35,664 nucleotides of DNA, taken from the IMG/VR virus record IMGVR_UViG_3300045988_119994. One strand, given 5' to 3'. Source of the stretch: a virus. Taxonomy: Duplodnaviria; Heunggongvirae; Uroviricota; Caudoviricetes. The notes beneath the pieces were generated by a model. The model had not been told where the DNA came from, searched no databases, and was given only the letters and a program-made list of their open reading frames with translations. A program made the translations under genes and the position numbers. Of the stretch, positions 15,334 through 24,821 are shown one piece after another. Numbering within the stretch: position 1 is the stretch's first letter; each line of letters begins with the position of its first letter.

Positions 15334-15457
15334 TATGTACTCCATGTAATCACTCAAAAGGAACTGAAATTTACATTAAAAATTAAATAAAATCACTCAC
15401 GCGGTCCGCAGAAACCATTGTAATCTGTTATGAGTGGTTACTTCGCCACACAACTTA

Positions 15458-15486
15458 AACCCGCCGTCGAGCGGGTTTTGTCGTTT
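15458..15486 (+). terminator. tR'-like terminator in the late promoter region
   Basis: Stem ACCCGC / GCGGGT (15459-15464 / 15471-15476), loop CGTCGA, then TTTGTCGTTTC. Confidence 0.4.
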
Positions 15487-15630
15487 CTGGTCCTAGGGAT
15501 TAATTGCTTCTGCCCTATCCCGCAGTTATCCATTGGCTCGGCTTCTTTTACGTTTCCGCTTCTGATTTGCGGTTCGTGGTACACCCTCAATTTGCACCTC
15601 CTTTATCGGCGAGGTGAGAGATAACTACAA

Positions 15631-15957
15631 ATGCCTCATAACCCAAATACCTGGCTGGAGTTGTTCCAGAGCTGGTGGCGTGGAGACACACCACTGGGCG
15701 CAGTAATTATGTCGATCGTTATGGCTGGCTTGCGCATTGCCTATTTTGGCGGTGGTGGTGGCTGGAAGCGAAAAACGCTCGAGATTTTTCTCTGTGGCGC
15801 TCTGACACTGACTTTTGCATCCGCTCTTGAGTATGTCGGATGGCCTAAATCTCTTTCTGTTGCCATTGGTGGCGGCGTTGGGCTGATCGGGGTCGATGCT
15901 ATTCGTGGTGCGGCAATGAGAGTAATCGGTAACAAGTTTGGTAGCTCGAAGGAGTAA
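15631..15957 (+). CDS. holin (lambda S-like class I)
   Basis: 108 aa; hydrophobic segments and A-LR--Y-GG pattern similar to lambda S; GAGGTGAGAG SD; directly upstream of endolysin. Confidence 0.8.
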   Translation: MPHNPNTWLELFQSWWRGDTPLGAVIMSIVMAGLRIAYFGGGGGWKRKTLEIFLCGALTLTFASALEYVGWPKSLSVAIGGGVGLIGVDAIRGAAMRVIGNKFGSSKE

Positions 15958-15960
15958 TTT

Positions 15961-16437
15961 ATGCAGGAACTAAATCCTCAGCGTAAAGCTTTCCTTGATA
16001 TGGTGGCCTGGTCAGAAGGAACGGATAACGGGCGACAACCGACACGTAACCACGGTTATGACGTTATTGTTGGCGGCGAACTGTTTACTGATTACTCCGA
16101 TCACCCTCGCAAACTTGTCACGTTAAACCCCAAACTCAAATCAACAGCAGCCGGACGTTACCAGCTTCTTTCCCGTTGGTGGGATGCTTACCGTAAGCAA
16201 CTTGGACTGAAAGACTTCTCTCCGAAAAGCCAGGATGCTGTTGCGCTGCAGCAGATTAAGGAGCGTGGCGCTTTACCGATGATTGATCGCGGTGATATTC
16301 GTCAGGCAATCGACCGTTGCAGCAATATCTGGGCGTCGTTACCTGGTGCAGGTTATGGTCAGTATGAACATAAAATAGGCGACCTGATTGCCCGATTTAA
16401 AGAGGCTGGTGGGGAAGTAAATGAAGCTGAGATATAA
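15961..16437 (+). CDS. R: endolysin, lytic transglycosylase (lambda R-like)
   Basis: 158 aa; NPQRKAFLDMVAWSEGTDNGRQPTRNHGYDVIVGGELFTDYSDHPRK... nearly identical to lambda R as recalled. Confidence 0.95.
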   Translation: MQELNPQRKAFLDMVAWSEGTDNGRQPTRNHGYDVIVGGELFTDYSDHPRKLVTLNPKLKSTAAGRYQLLSRWWDAYRKQLGLKDFSPKSQDAVALQQIKERGALPMIDRGDIRQAIDRCSNIWASLPGAGYGQYEHKIGDLIARFKEAGGEVNEAEI

Positions 16438-16813
16438 GCTGGTTATTGTTGCCTTCTTTGTTACCGTCATTGGTTCCTTCATCTGGTCTACCGGGCATTA
16501 CTACAGCAAATATCAGCACGAAAAGGAGCGTGCTGATGAGGCTGTACGAAATGCTGAATCAGCAACTGCCATTACCCGTAACGTTCTGCAATCACTGCAA
16601 ATCATCAATACAGTTATAGAGGCTAACCAGCATGCAAAACAGCAGATCGCACTGGAGTCACAGAGAACCCAGGAAGATATCAAAGTGGCTGTTGCGGATG
16701 ATGATTGTGCTTCACGTCATGTGCCTGCTGCCGCTGCTGACCGGTTGCGGAAGTACGCGAACAGTTTACGTGCCGGTTCCGGCGGTACCGCTGCCAACAA
16801 GCCTGACCACTGA
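16421..16813 (+). CDS. i-spanin (Rz-like)
   Basis: 130 aa; N-terminal TM helix then coiled-coil-like periplasmic region; overlaps endolysin end. Confidence 0.8.
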   Translation: MKLRYKLVIVAFFVTVIGSFIWSTGHYYSKYQHEKERADEAVRNAESATAITRNVLQSLQIINTVIEANQHAKQQIALESQRTQEDIKVAVADDDCASRHVPAAAADRLRKYANSLRAGSGGTAANKPDH

Positions 16814-16955
16814 AACGCCCCAGCCAGTCATTCCCGACCCGCTGACCTATGGGGCCAGTCTGGATCTGAATGTGAGCCTGCTTTCGGCGCTGGGCCAGTG
16901 CAACATCGACAAGGCCAGTATCAGGAAGATAGAAACGTCACGCAACTCACAGTAG
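16698..16955 (+). CDS. o-spanin (Rz1-like lipoprotein), overlapping and extending beyond Rz
   Basis: Alternative frame within Rz; signal peptide with lipobox LLTG|C; proline-rich mature part. Confidence 0.75.
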   Translation: MMIVLHVMCLLPLLTGCGSTRTVYVPVPAVPLPTSLTTETPQPVIPDPLTYGASLDLNVSLLSALGQCNIDKASIRKIETSRNSQ

Positions 16956-16995
16956 CCATTACAAAGCTCATCTGCGGGTGGGCTTTGTAATGGCT
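16954..16995. other. perfect 14-bp inverted repeat (AGCCATTACAAAGC / GCTTTGTAATGGCT) at the convergence of Rz1 and a minus-strand ORF
   Basis: Read directly; 14-nt loop; no clear U-tract. Confidence 0.5.
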
Positions 16996-17300
16996 TATTC
17001 GTAGTTGTCACCAGGGAAGTATTCCTGAAACTTTGATTTTGGGAGCTGGGTTTTCGCGAAGTTCGCAAGCCTTCCTCTTGTAAGCATGTAGTCACACCCA
17101 CCTTCTTGTTTGAGAAGGTCACTAGCTAATGTCCGATACACAACGTCACTTCGCAAAATTTCAATGGTGGAATTCCTGATGAGAAATGTTTCACACATCG
17201 GGCATCTAATTAACCAAGCGGTATCACGGTTCTGCCAGGTCGCATCTGAATTGCAAGCCGGGCAGCATTTCTGATCTTCTTGTCCTATGACCATTGTCAT
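16995..17300 (-). CDS. hypothetical Cys-rich (zinc-ribbon-like) protein encoded antisense to the late operon
   Basis: 101-aa ORF with CCPACN...CPMCETF motifs; weak SD, so coding status uncertain. Confidence 0.4.
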   Translation of the reverse strand: MTMVIGQEDQKCCPACNSDATWQNRDTAWLIRCPMCETFLIRNSTIEILRSDVVYRTLASDLLKQEGGCDYMLTRGRLANFAKTQLPKSKFQEYFPGDNYE

Positions 17301-17373
17301 GCTCTCGCATAGTGAAGGAATTTTCAGATTAACTCATTTTCAGACGCATCGTAATGGCTTAAGGAAACAATTA

Positions 17374-17724
17374 ATGCCACCACGTACACCAAAAGCCTGC
17401 CGCGTTCGCGGTTGCCGCAATACCACTACTGACCCGTCAGGCTATTGCGAAAGCCACAAAAGCGAAGGCTGGAAGCAATACAAACCAGGCCTGTCACGTC
17501 ATCAGCGCGGTTACGGTTCGAAGTGGGATACCATCCGTGAACGTGTGCTGAAGCGTGACAAAGGCCTGTGTCAGTTATGTCTGCGTGCCGGTGTGGTGCG
17601 TGAGGCGAAAACCGTTGACCACATTATCCCTAAGGCGCATGGCGGCACTGACGCTGACAGTAATCTGCAGAGCCTGTGCTGGCCATGTCATAAGGCGAAG
17701 ACGGCCCGTGAACGGTTGAAGTAA
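17374..17724 (+). CDS. HNH endonuclease (terminase-associated)
   Basis: 116 aa from ATG at 17374 (AAGGAAA SD); Cys-rich CRVRGCRN...CQLC...DHIIPKAHGG...CWPCH HNH motif; directly upstream of terminase. Confidence 0.85.
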   Translation: MPPRTPKACRVRGCRNTTTDPSGYCESHKSEGWKQYKPGLSRHQRGYGSKWDTIRERVLKRDKGLCQLCLRAGVVREAKTVDHIIPKAHGGTDADSNLQSLCWPCHKAKTARERLK

Positions 17725-17750
17725 GAACCAGTTCCCACAGCCAGAGGGGA

Positions 17751-17810
17751 GGGGCGGGTCAAATCCCTGTGACCTGACGTCTTCCGGACTGCCCGCCCCA
17801 TCGTTTTTTT
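17751..17810 (+). terminator. strong hairpin plus T7 tract between HNH and terminase small subunit
   Basis: GGGGCGGG (17751-17758) pairs with CCCGCCCC (17792-17799); 33-nt loop; followed by TTTTTTT. Confidence 0.5.
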
Positions 17811-17849
17811 ATACCCGCGAAAAATGAAATTTAACCAGGAGTGCCGCAT

Positions 17850-18344
17850 ATGGCTGGAACGGCGGGGCGTTCCGGGCGTCGCCCCAAGCCAACGGCGCGC
17901 AAGGCGCTGGCCGGAAACCCCGGCAAGCGAGCCCTGAACAAAGATGAACCTGTTTTTACGCCCATCAAAGGTGTTGAGCCACCGGAGTGGTTCGCTGAAG
18001 AAGATCTCCCTCTCGCCACGATCATGTGGCAACTGACAACCAAAGAACTCTGCGGTCAGGGCCTGCTGTGCGTGACTGACCTCGCGGTGCTTGAGCGGTG
18101 GTGCGTGGCCTATGAGTTCTGGCGACGTGCCGTGAAAAATATTGCCAGACAGGGCAACACCATCACCGGTGCAATGGGCGGCATGGTCAAAAATCCGGAG
18201 CTGACCGCCAAAAAAGAACAGGAGTCCGAGATGAGCAGTACGGGGGCAATGCTCGGACTCGACCCCAGCAGCCGCCAGCGTCTGATTGGCCTGGCGGGGC
18301 AGAAGAAAGCCACTAACCCGTTTCTGAAAATTATCGAATCATGA
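17850..18344 (+). CDS. terminase small subunit (P27 family)
   Basis: 164 aa from ATG at 17850 (AGGAG SD); [15 protein letters not shown]-terminus typical of P27-family small terminases. Confidence 0.85.
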   Translation: MAGTAGRSGRRPKPTARKALAGNPGKRALNKDEPVFTPIKGVEPPEWFAEEDLPLATIMWQLTTKELCGQGLLCVTDLAVLERWCVAYEFWRRAVKNIARQGNTITGAMGGMVKNPELTAKKEQESEMSSTGAMLGLDPSSRQRLIGLAGQKKATNPFLKIIES

Positions 18345-20074
18345 GCCGGAAATCTTACCCCAACGTAAATGCTGCAAATCAGTATGCCCGTGATGTCGTG
18401 CGCGGAAAGATTGTGGCCTGCCAGTTTGTGATTCAGGCCTGCCAGCGCCATCTTGATGACCTGATGGCGGAAAAAAGTAAGTCGTTTCGTTACCGCTTCG
18501 ACAAGGACCTGGCTGAACGGGCCGCCAAATTTATTCAGCTGTTGCCGCACACCAAGGGTGAGTGGGCATTCAAGAGGATGCCTATCACGCTGGAGCCGTG
18601 GCAGCTCTTTGTGATCTGCTGCGCGTTTGGCTGGGTCAATAAAGGCTCCCGGCTGCGCCGCTTCCGTGAGGTGTATACCGAAATCCCCCGTAAGAACGGC
18701 AAATCGGCAATTTCTGCCGGTGTCGCCCTGTATTGTTTTGCCTGTGATAACGAGTTCGGCGCGGAAGTGTATTCCGGTGCCACGACGGAGAAACAGGCAT
18801 GGGAAGTCTTTCGTCCGGCAAGACTGATGTGTAAACGCACACCCATGCTGACGGAAGCGTTCGGGATTGAGGTTAACGCCTCAAACATGAACCGTCCGGA
18901 GGATGGTGCGCGTTTTGAACCGCTGATCGGTAACCCCGGTGATGGTTCATCACCCCACTGTGCGGTGGTGGATGAATATCACGAGCACGCCACCGATGCG
19001 CTTTACACCACGATGCTTACCGGGATGGGGGCGCGACGTCAGCCACTGATGTGGGCTATCACTACCGCCGGGTACAACATTGAGGGGCCGTGCTACGACA
19101 AACGGCGGGAAGTCATCGAGATGCTCAACGGCTCGGTGCCTAACGATGAACTGTTCGGGATTATCTATACCGTTGATGAAGGTGACGACTGGACCGACCC
19201 GCAGGTGCTGGAAAAAGCTAACCCGAATATTGGCGTGTCGGTTTATCGCGAATTTTTGTTAAGTCAGCAGCAGCGTGCGAAAAATAACGCCCGTCTGGCA
19301 AACGTCTTTAAAACAAAACACCTCAATATCTGGGTGTCGGCGCGTTCGGCGTATTTCAACCTGGTGAGCTGGCAGAGCTGCGAGGATAAATCACTGACCC
19401 TTGAGCAGTTCGAGGGGCAGCCGTGCATTCTGGCCTTTGACCTGGCGCGTAAGCTGGATATGAACAGCATGGCGCGACTTTATACCCGCGAGATTGACGG
19501 TAAAACGCATTACTACAGTGTGGCCCCGCGTTTCTGGGTACCGTATGACACGGTGTACAGCGTCGAGAAAAATGAAGATCGACGGACAGCCGAACGCTTT
19601 CAGAAATGGGTGGAAATGGGCGTTCTGACCGTTACCGATGGTGCGGAGGTGGATTATCGCTACATCCTCGAGGAGGCCAAAGCGGCGAACAAAATCAGCC
19701 CGGTCAGTGAGTCACCCATTGACCCCTTCGGGGCGACCGGGTTGTCACATGACCTTGCTGATGAAGACCTGAACCCCATCACTATCATTCAGAACTACAC
19801 CAACATGTCCGACCCGATGAAAGAGCTGGAAGCGGCAATTGAATCGGGGCGCTTTCATCATGATGGCAATCCCATCATGACCTGGTGTATCGGCAACGTG
19901 GTCGGCAAAACCATTCCGGGTAACGATGATGTGGTGAAGCCCGTCAAAGAGCAGGCGGAAAACAAAATCGATGGTGCAGTTGCGCTGATTATGGCGGTTG
20001 GCAGAGCCATGCTGTACGAGAAAGAAGACACGCTGTCTGACCACATTGAGTCCTATGGGATCCGCTCGCTTTAA
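18341..20074 (+). CDS. terminase large subunit (HK97-type)
   Basis: 577-aa ORF following the small subunit with 4-nt overlap; family recalled. Confidence 0.9.
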
Positions 20075-20085
20075 CTGAGGTAATT

Positions 20086-20268
20086 ATGATCATGCTGATT
20101 CTCGCGCCTCTGGTGGGCGTGCTGGGGGCGCTTTTGCTGGCGTATGGTGCCTGGCTGATTTATCCCCCGGCGGGGTTTGTTGTTGCCGGGGCGTTGTGCC
20201 TGTTCTGGTCGTGGCTGGTGGCGCGATATCTCGACCGTACACAGTCGTCAGTCGGCGGAGGTAAATAG
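20086..20268 (+). CDS. ymfR: small membrane protein, YmfR-like
   Basis: 60 aa, two hydrophobic helices; GAGG SD; lies between terminase and portal, matching e14 ymfR in size and position as recalled. Confidence 0.55.
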
Positions 20269-21509
20269 TGTTCTTTTCGGGATTATTTCAACGAAAAAGT
20301 GACGCACCGGTGACCACGCCAGCAGAGCTGGCGGACGCTATCGGGCTGTCCTACGACACCTATACCGGAAAGCAGATCAGCAGTCAGCGGGCCATGCGAC
20401 TGACGGCGGTTTTTTCCTGCGTCAGGGTGCTGGCAGAGTCGGTCGGGATGTTGCCCTGCAACCTGTATCACCTGAACGGCAACCTGAAACAGAGAGCCAC
20501 CGGCGAACGTCTGCATAAGCTGATTTCCACGCATCCCAATGGCTATATGACGCCGCAGGAGTTTTGGGAGCTGGTGGTCACCTGTCTGTGCCTGCGGGGA
20601 AACTTTTACGCCTACAAAGTGAAAGCATTTGGCGAAGTGGCTGAACTGCTGCCCGTCGATCCCGGCTGTGTGGTACCGAAGCTTAACAGTAGCTGGGATC
20701 CGGTCTATCAGGTCACATTCCCGGATGGCTCCACGGATGTACTGAGCCAGGAGGATATCTGGCATGTGCGCACGCTGACGCTGGACGGACTGGTGGGGCT
20801 GAATCCCATTGCCTATGCCCGCGAGGCAATATCGCTGGCGGCAGCGACCGAAGAGCACGGGGCCAGACTGTTCAGCAATGGTGCGGTGACGTCGGGTGTG
20901 TTGCGTACAGAGCAGACGCTGTCAGATCAGGCTTACGAGCGCCTGAAGAAAGATTTTGAGGAGCGTCACACCGGGCTTGGCAATGCTCACCGCCCGATGA
21001 TCCTTGAGATGGGGCTGGACTGGAAGTCGATGGCGCTGAACGCCGAGGACAGCCAGTTCCTGGAAACCCGCAAGTTTCAGCTTGAAGAAATCTGTCGTCT
21101 GTTCCGGGTGCCATTGCACATGGTGCAGAACACCGATCGCGCCACCTTCAACAATATCGAAGAGCTGGGGCTGGGATTTATCAACTATTCACTGGTGCCG
21201 TATCTGACCCGCATTGAGCAGCGGATCAACACCGGACTGGTACGAAAAAGTAAGCAGGGCGTTTATTACGCCAAATTTAACGCCGGGGCCTTACTGCGCG
21301 GGGATATGAAGTCCCGTTTTGAAGCCTACGCCACTGGGATCAACTGGGGAATTTACTCTCCCAATGACTGCCGCGACCTGGAAGATATGAATCCGCGTCC
21401 CGGTGGTGATGTCTATCTCACACCGATGAACATGACCACGAAACCCTCCGATGGCAGTAAAGCCGGTAAGCAGAAGGATAACGCCAATGCAGACGAAACA
21501 ACGTCTTGA
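20268..21509 (+). CDS. portal protein (HK97 family)
   Basis: 413-aa ORF, GTG start with GGAGG SD; position after terminase; family recalled. Confidence 0.9.
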   Translation: MFFSGLFQRKSDAPVTTPAELADAIGLSYDTYTGKQISSQRAMRLTAVFSCVRVLAESVGMLPCNLYHLNGNLKQRATGERLHKLISTHPNGYMTPQEFWELVVTCLCLRGNFYAYKVKAFGEVAELLPVDPGCVVPKLNSSWDPVYQVTFPDGSTDVLSQEDIWHVRTLTLDGLVGLNPIAYAREAISLAAATEEHGARLFSNGAVTSGVLRTEQTLSDQAYERLKKDFEERHTGLGNAHRPMILEMGLDWKSMALNAEDSQFLETRKFQLEEICRLFRVPLHMVQNTDRATFNNIEELGLGFINYSLVPYLTRIEQRINTGLVRKSKQGVYYAKFNAGALLRGDMKSRFEAYATGINWGIYSPNDCRDLEDMNPRPGGDVYLTPMNMTTKPSDGSKAGKQKDNANADETTS

Positions 21510-22137
21510 TGTACCGCTGAGTCTGAAATCTGTCAGTGACTCCGGTGAGTTTGAAGGGTATGGCTCCGTCTTTGGTGTAAAGGACAGCCACGATGATGTG
21601 GTGATGTCAGGGGCATTTGCCGCTTCCCTGCGGGCGTGGAGTGACAGAAAAGCGTTACCTGCGCTGCTCTGGCAGCACCGCATGGATGAGCCCATCGGTG
21701 TTTACACCGAAATGAAGGAAGACGATGTCGGGCTTTACGTCAGGGGGCGGTTGCTCATTGATGATGATCCCCTCGCAAAACGCGCACATGCACACATGAA
21801 GGCCGGTTCGTTAACCGGCCTTTCTATTGGGTACGTCCTGAAAGACTGGGAATACGACCGGAGCAAAGAAGCCTTTCTGCTGAAAGAAATCGACCTCTGG
21901 GAAGTCAGTCTGGTGACGTTCCCGTCTAACGACGAGGCGCGGATCAGCGACGTCAAGAACGCACTGGCCCGCGGGGAAATCCCCGAACAGAAAAAAATCG
22001 AAAGAGTCCTGCGTGATGTCGGACTCTCCCGTACCCAGGCCAAAGCATTCATGGCCGGGGGCTATGGCGCACTGTCCCTGCGCGACGCTGAGGATGTGGG
22101 CTCTGCACTGAATGCACTGAAAAATCTGAACTTCTAA
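21487..22137 (+). CDS. prohead protease (HK97 family)
   Basis: From ATG at 21487 (alternative 21451); lies between portal and capsid. Confidence 0.8.
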   Translation: MQTKQRLDVPLSLKSVSDSGEFEGYGSVFGVKDSHDDVVMSGAFAASLRAWSDRKALPALLWQHRMDEPIGVYTEMKEDDVGLYVRGRLLIDDDPLAKRAHAHMKAGSLTGLSIGYVLKDWEYDRSKEAFLLKEIDLWEVSLVTFPSNDEARISDVKNALARGEIPEQKKIERVLRDVGLSRTQAKAFMAGGYGALSLRDAEDVGSALNALKNLNF

Positions 22138-22151
22138 TCAGGAGAAATACG

Positions 22152-23357
22152 ATGGCGGTTGATATTAAAGATGTCGAACAGGTCGCGCAGGAGCTGCAGC
22201 AGAAGTTTGACGACTTCAAGGCAAAGAACGACAAGCGCGTGGATGCGATTGAGCAGGAAAAAGGCAAACTTGCCGGACAGGTGGAAACCCTGAACGGGAA
22301 ACTCAGCGAGCTGGAAAATCTCAAAAGCGACCTTGAAAAAGAGCTGCTTGAGCTGAAACGTCCGGCAGGTGGTGCGCAAAATAAACTGGCCACAGAGCAC
22401 AAAGAGGCGTTTGTGGGCTTCCTGCGTAAAGGCCGTGAAGACGGTCTGCGCGATCTGGAGCGCAAGGCATTGCAGGTGGGCACCGATGAAGACGGTGGCT
22501 ATGCCGTGCCGGAAGCACTGGATCGCAACATTCTCACCCTGCTGAAAGATGAAGTGGTGATGCGCCAGGAAGCCACGGTAATCACTGTTGGCGGTTCCGA
22601 CTACAAAAAACTGGTGAATCTGGGCGGCACGGCTTCCGGATGGGTTGGCGAGACTGACGCGCGCTCCCAGACCGCCACCTCAAAACTGGGACTGATTGAA
22701 CCTTTCATGGGGGAAATCTACGGTAACCCGCAGGCCACCCAGAAAATGCTGGATGATGCCTTTTTCAACGTGGAAGCATGGATCAACAGCGAGCTGGCAA
22801 CCGAATTTGCCGAACAGGAAGAAATTGCCTTTACCACCGGCGATGGTACCAAGAAGCCGAAAGGGTTCCTGGCGTATGAATCCACTGATGAAACCGATAA
22901 GGTCCGGGCGTTCGGCAAACTTCAGCATATTGTATCCGGCGAAGCGACGGCGGTGACCGCAGACGCCATTATCAAACTGATTTACACGCTGCGTAAGGCA
23001 CACCGCACTGGCGCGAAGTTCATGATGAACAACAACAGCCTGTTTGCCATCCGTCTGCTTAAAGACAGCGAGGGTAACTATCTGTGGCGTCCGGGGCTGG
23101 AACTGGGGCAGCCGTCCTCTCTGGCGGGTTACGGTATCGCTGAAAACGAACAGATGCCGGATATCGCCGCTGATGCGAAAGCCATTGCATTTGGTAACTT
23201 CAAACGGGGTTACACCATCGTTGACCGTATCGGCACCCGCATTCTGCGTGACCCGTACACCAATAAACCGTTTGTCGGTTTTTATACCACCAAGCGCACC
23301 GGCGGGATGCTGGTCGATTCGCAGGCCATCAAACTGCTGAAGATTGCAGCGGCGTAA
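22152..23357 (+). CDS. major capsid protein (HK97 fold) with N-terminal coiled-coil delta domain
   Basis: 401 aa; N-terminal ~100 aa charged coiled coil (EQVAQELQQKFDDFKAKNDKRVD...); position after protease. Confidence 0.9.
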   Translation: MAVDIKDVEQVAQELQQKFDDFKAKNDKRVDAIEQEKGKLAGQVETLNGKLSELENLKSDLEKELLELKRPAGGAQNKLATEHKEAFVGFLRKGREDGLRDLERKALQVGTDEDGGYAVPEALDRNILTLLKDEVVMRQEATVITVGGSDYKKLVNLGGTASGWVGETDARSQTATSKLGLIEPFMGEIYGNPQATQKMLDDAFFNVEAWINSELATEFAEQEEIAFTTGDGTKKPKGFLAYESTDETDKVRAFGKLQHIVSGEATAVTADAIIKLIYTLRKAHRTGAKFMMNNNSLFAIRLLKDSEGNYLWRPGLELGQPSSLAGYGIAENEQMPDIAADAKAIAFGNFKRGYTIVDRIGTRILRDPYTNKPFVGFYTTKRTGGMLVDSQAIKLLKIAAA

Positions 23358-23406
23358 TCACTCAGGGGCGCGGAACCGCACCCCCTGTTCTGACGGGTGA
23401 AGAATC

Positions 23407-23607
23407 ATGATCCTGAAACAAGATCTGAAATGGTCACCGGACGGTATGCGTGTTGAGGTCATTCGGGCCGGTGAGTATGACGACGGGGCGCTTCCTGCCC
23501 GGGTGCAGGAGATTGCACTTCAGGCCGGGTTAGCAGAGCGCGGAATCAGTGTAAAAAGCAGTAAAGCGGCAAAAGAGAAAAAAGCCACGACCAGTAAAGA
23601 GGGCTGA
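23407..23607 (+). CDS. hypothetical small head-associated protein
   Basis: 66-aa ORF between capsid and connector genes; coding status moderate. Confidence 0.45.
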   Translation: MILKQDLKWSPDGMRVEVIRAGEYDDGALPARVQEIALQAGLAERGISVKSSKAAKEKKATTSKEG

Positions 23608-23609
23608 GT

Positions 23610-23933
23610 ATGCTTCTGACAATGGAAGAGATTAAAGCCCAACTCCGGCTGGATGAGGATTTCGATGCTGATGACCGCCATCTGCAACTGCTGGCCTGTG
23701 CGGCGCAAAAGCGGACGGAAACGTATCTGAACCGGAAGCTCTATGCACCGGATGAAACCATTCCGGACAGCGATCCGGACGGGCTGCACCTGCCGGATGA
23801 TATTCGTCTGGGGATGCTGATGCTTATCAGCCATTTTTACGAAAACCGCTCGTCGGTTACGGAAGTGGAGAAACTCGACATGCCGCAGAGTTTTGGCTGG
23901 CTTGTCGGCCCGTACAGGTACTTTCCGCAATGA
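23610..23933 (+). CDS. head-tail connector protein (gp6-like)
   Basis: 107 aa; position and size; family recalled. Confidence 0.75.
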   Translation: MLLTMEEIKAQLRLDEDFDADDRHLQLLACAAQKRTETYLNRKLYAPDETIPDSDPDGLHLPDDIRLGMLMLISHFYENRSSVTEVEKLDMPQSFGWLVGPYRYFPQ

Positions 23934-24340
23934 AAATTCGTCAGGCGCAGACCAGCGCAACCTACATTCTGCCGGACCCCGGTGAACTGAATAAACGCGT
24001 CCTGATCCGCCAGCGGGTGGATATGCCCGCGGATAACTTTGGCGTGGAGCCTCAATACCCGGTTGCGTTCCGGACATGGGCGAAGGTTGTCCAGACCAGT
24101 GCCACCACCTGGCAGGAAACCGCGCAGACCGGTGACGCCATCACCCATTACATCACCATTCGTTACCGCCGGGGGATCACCGCTGATTATGAGGTGGTCT
24201 GGGGTGACAGTGTGTACCGGGTGAAACGTCAGCGCGATCTGAACGGGGCGCGGCGCTTTCTGCTGCTGGAGTGTACGGAGCTGGGCGAATGTAGGCAGAG
24301 TCACGGAGGCAACAATGACGACTTCCTTTTTGCACGTTGA
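23930..24340 (+). CDS. head closure protein (gp16-like)
   Basis: 136 aa; 4-nt overlap with the upstream gene; position. Confidence 0.7.
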   Translation: MKIRQAQTSATYILPDPGELNKRVLIRQRVDMPADNFGVEPQYPVAFRTWAKVVQTSATTWQETAQTGDAITHYITIRYRRGITADYEVVWGDSVYRVKRQRDLNGARRFLLLECTELGECRQSHGGNNDDFLFAR

Positions 24341-24821
24341 TTTTCAGCAGCCCGCGGAGATGCGCTTTAACCGCGCCCGTGTCCGGCGGGCGTTTGTCAC
24401 GATTGGTCAGCGTCATATGCGTGATGCCCGTCGGCTGGTGATGCGCCGTGCGCGGTCGGCACCGGGTGAAAACCCCGGTTATCAGACCGGACGCCTGGCT
24501 CGTTCGATTGGTTACATGGTACCCAGAGCCAGTAAACATCGCCCTGGTTTTATGGCACGTATAGCCCCTAACCAGCGTAATGGAGAGGGAAACCGCCGTA
24601 TCACCGGTGATTTTTATCCGGCTTTTTTGTTCTATGGCGTGAGGCGAGGTGCAAAGCGTCGTCGCAGCCATCATCGTGGTGCATCCGGTGGCAGCGGCTG
24701 GCGACTGGCTCCACGTAATAACTTCATGGTGGAAACGCTTGAAAAGAACCACAGCTGGACACGCTATTTTCTGGCGCGGGAATTGCGTAAATCACTGAAG
24801 CCGGAGCGACGACACAGATGA
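24315..24821 (+). CDS. HK97 gp10-like tail component
   Basis: 168 aa; position; family recalled. Confidence 0.65.
   Translation: MTTSFLHVDFQQPAEMRFNRARVRRAFVTIGQRHMRDARRLVMRRARSAPGENPGYQTGRLARSIGYMVPRASKHRPGFMARIAPNQRNGEGNRRITGDFYPAFLFYGVRRGAKRRRSHHRGASGGSGWRLAPRNNFMVETLEKNHSWTRYFLARELRKSLKPERRHR

Noticed and set aside
15430-15624. 64-aa plus-strand ORF between the TIR gene and the holin
   Set aside because: Spans the tR'-like hairpin in the expected non-coding late promoter region; no SD; product is low-complexity hydrophobic. Treated as non-coding.
16847-17122. 91-aa minus-strand ORF overlapping the Cys-rich ORF in another frame
   Set aside because: Low-complexity Ser/Thr/Pro-rich product, overlaps the strong hairpin and the better 16995-17300 ORF; judged spurious.
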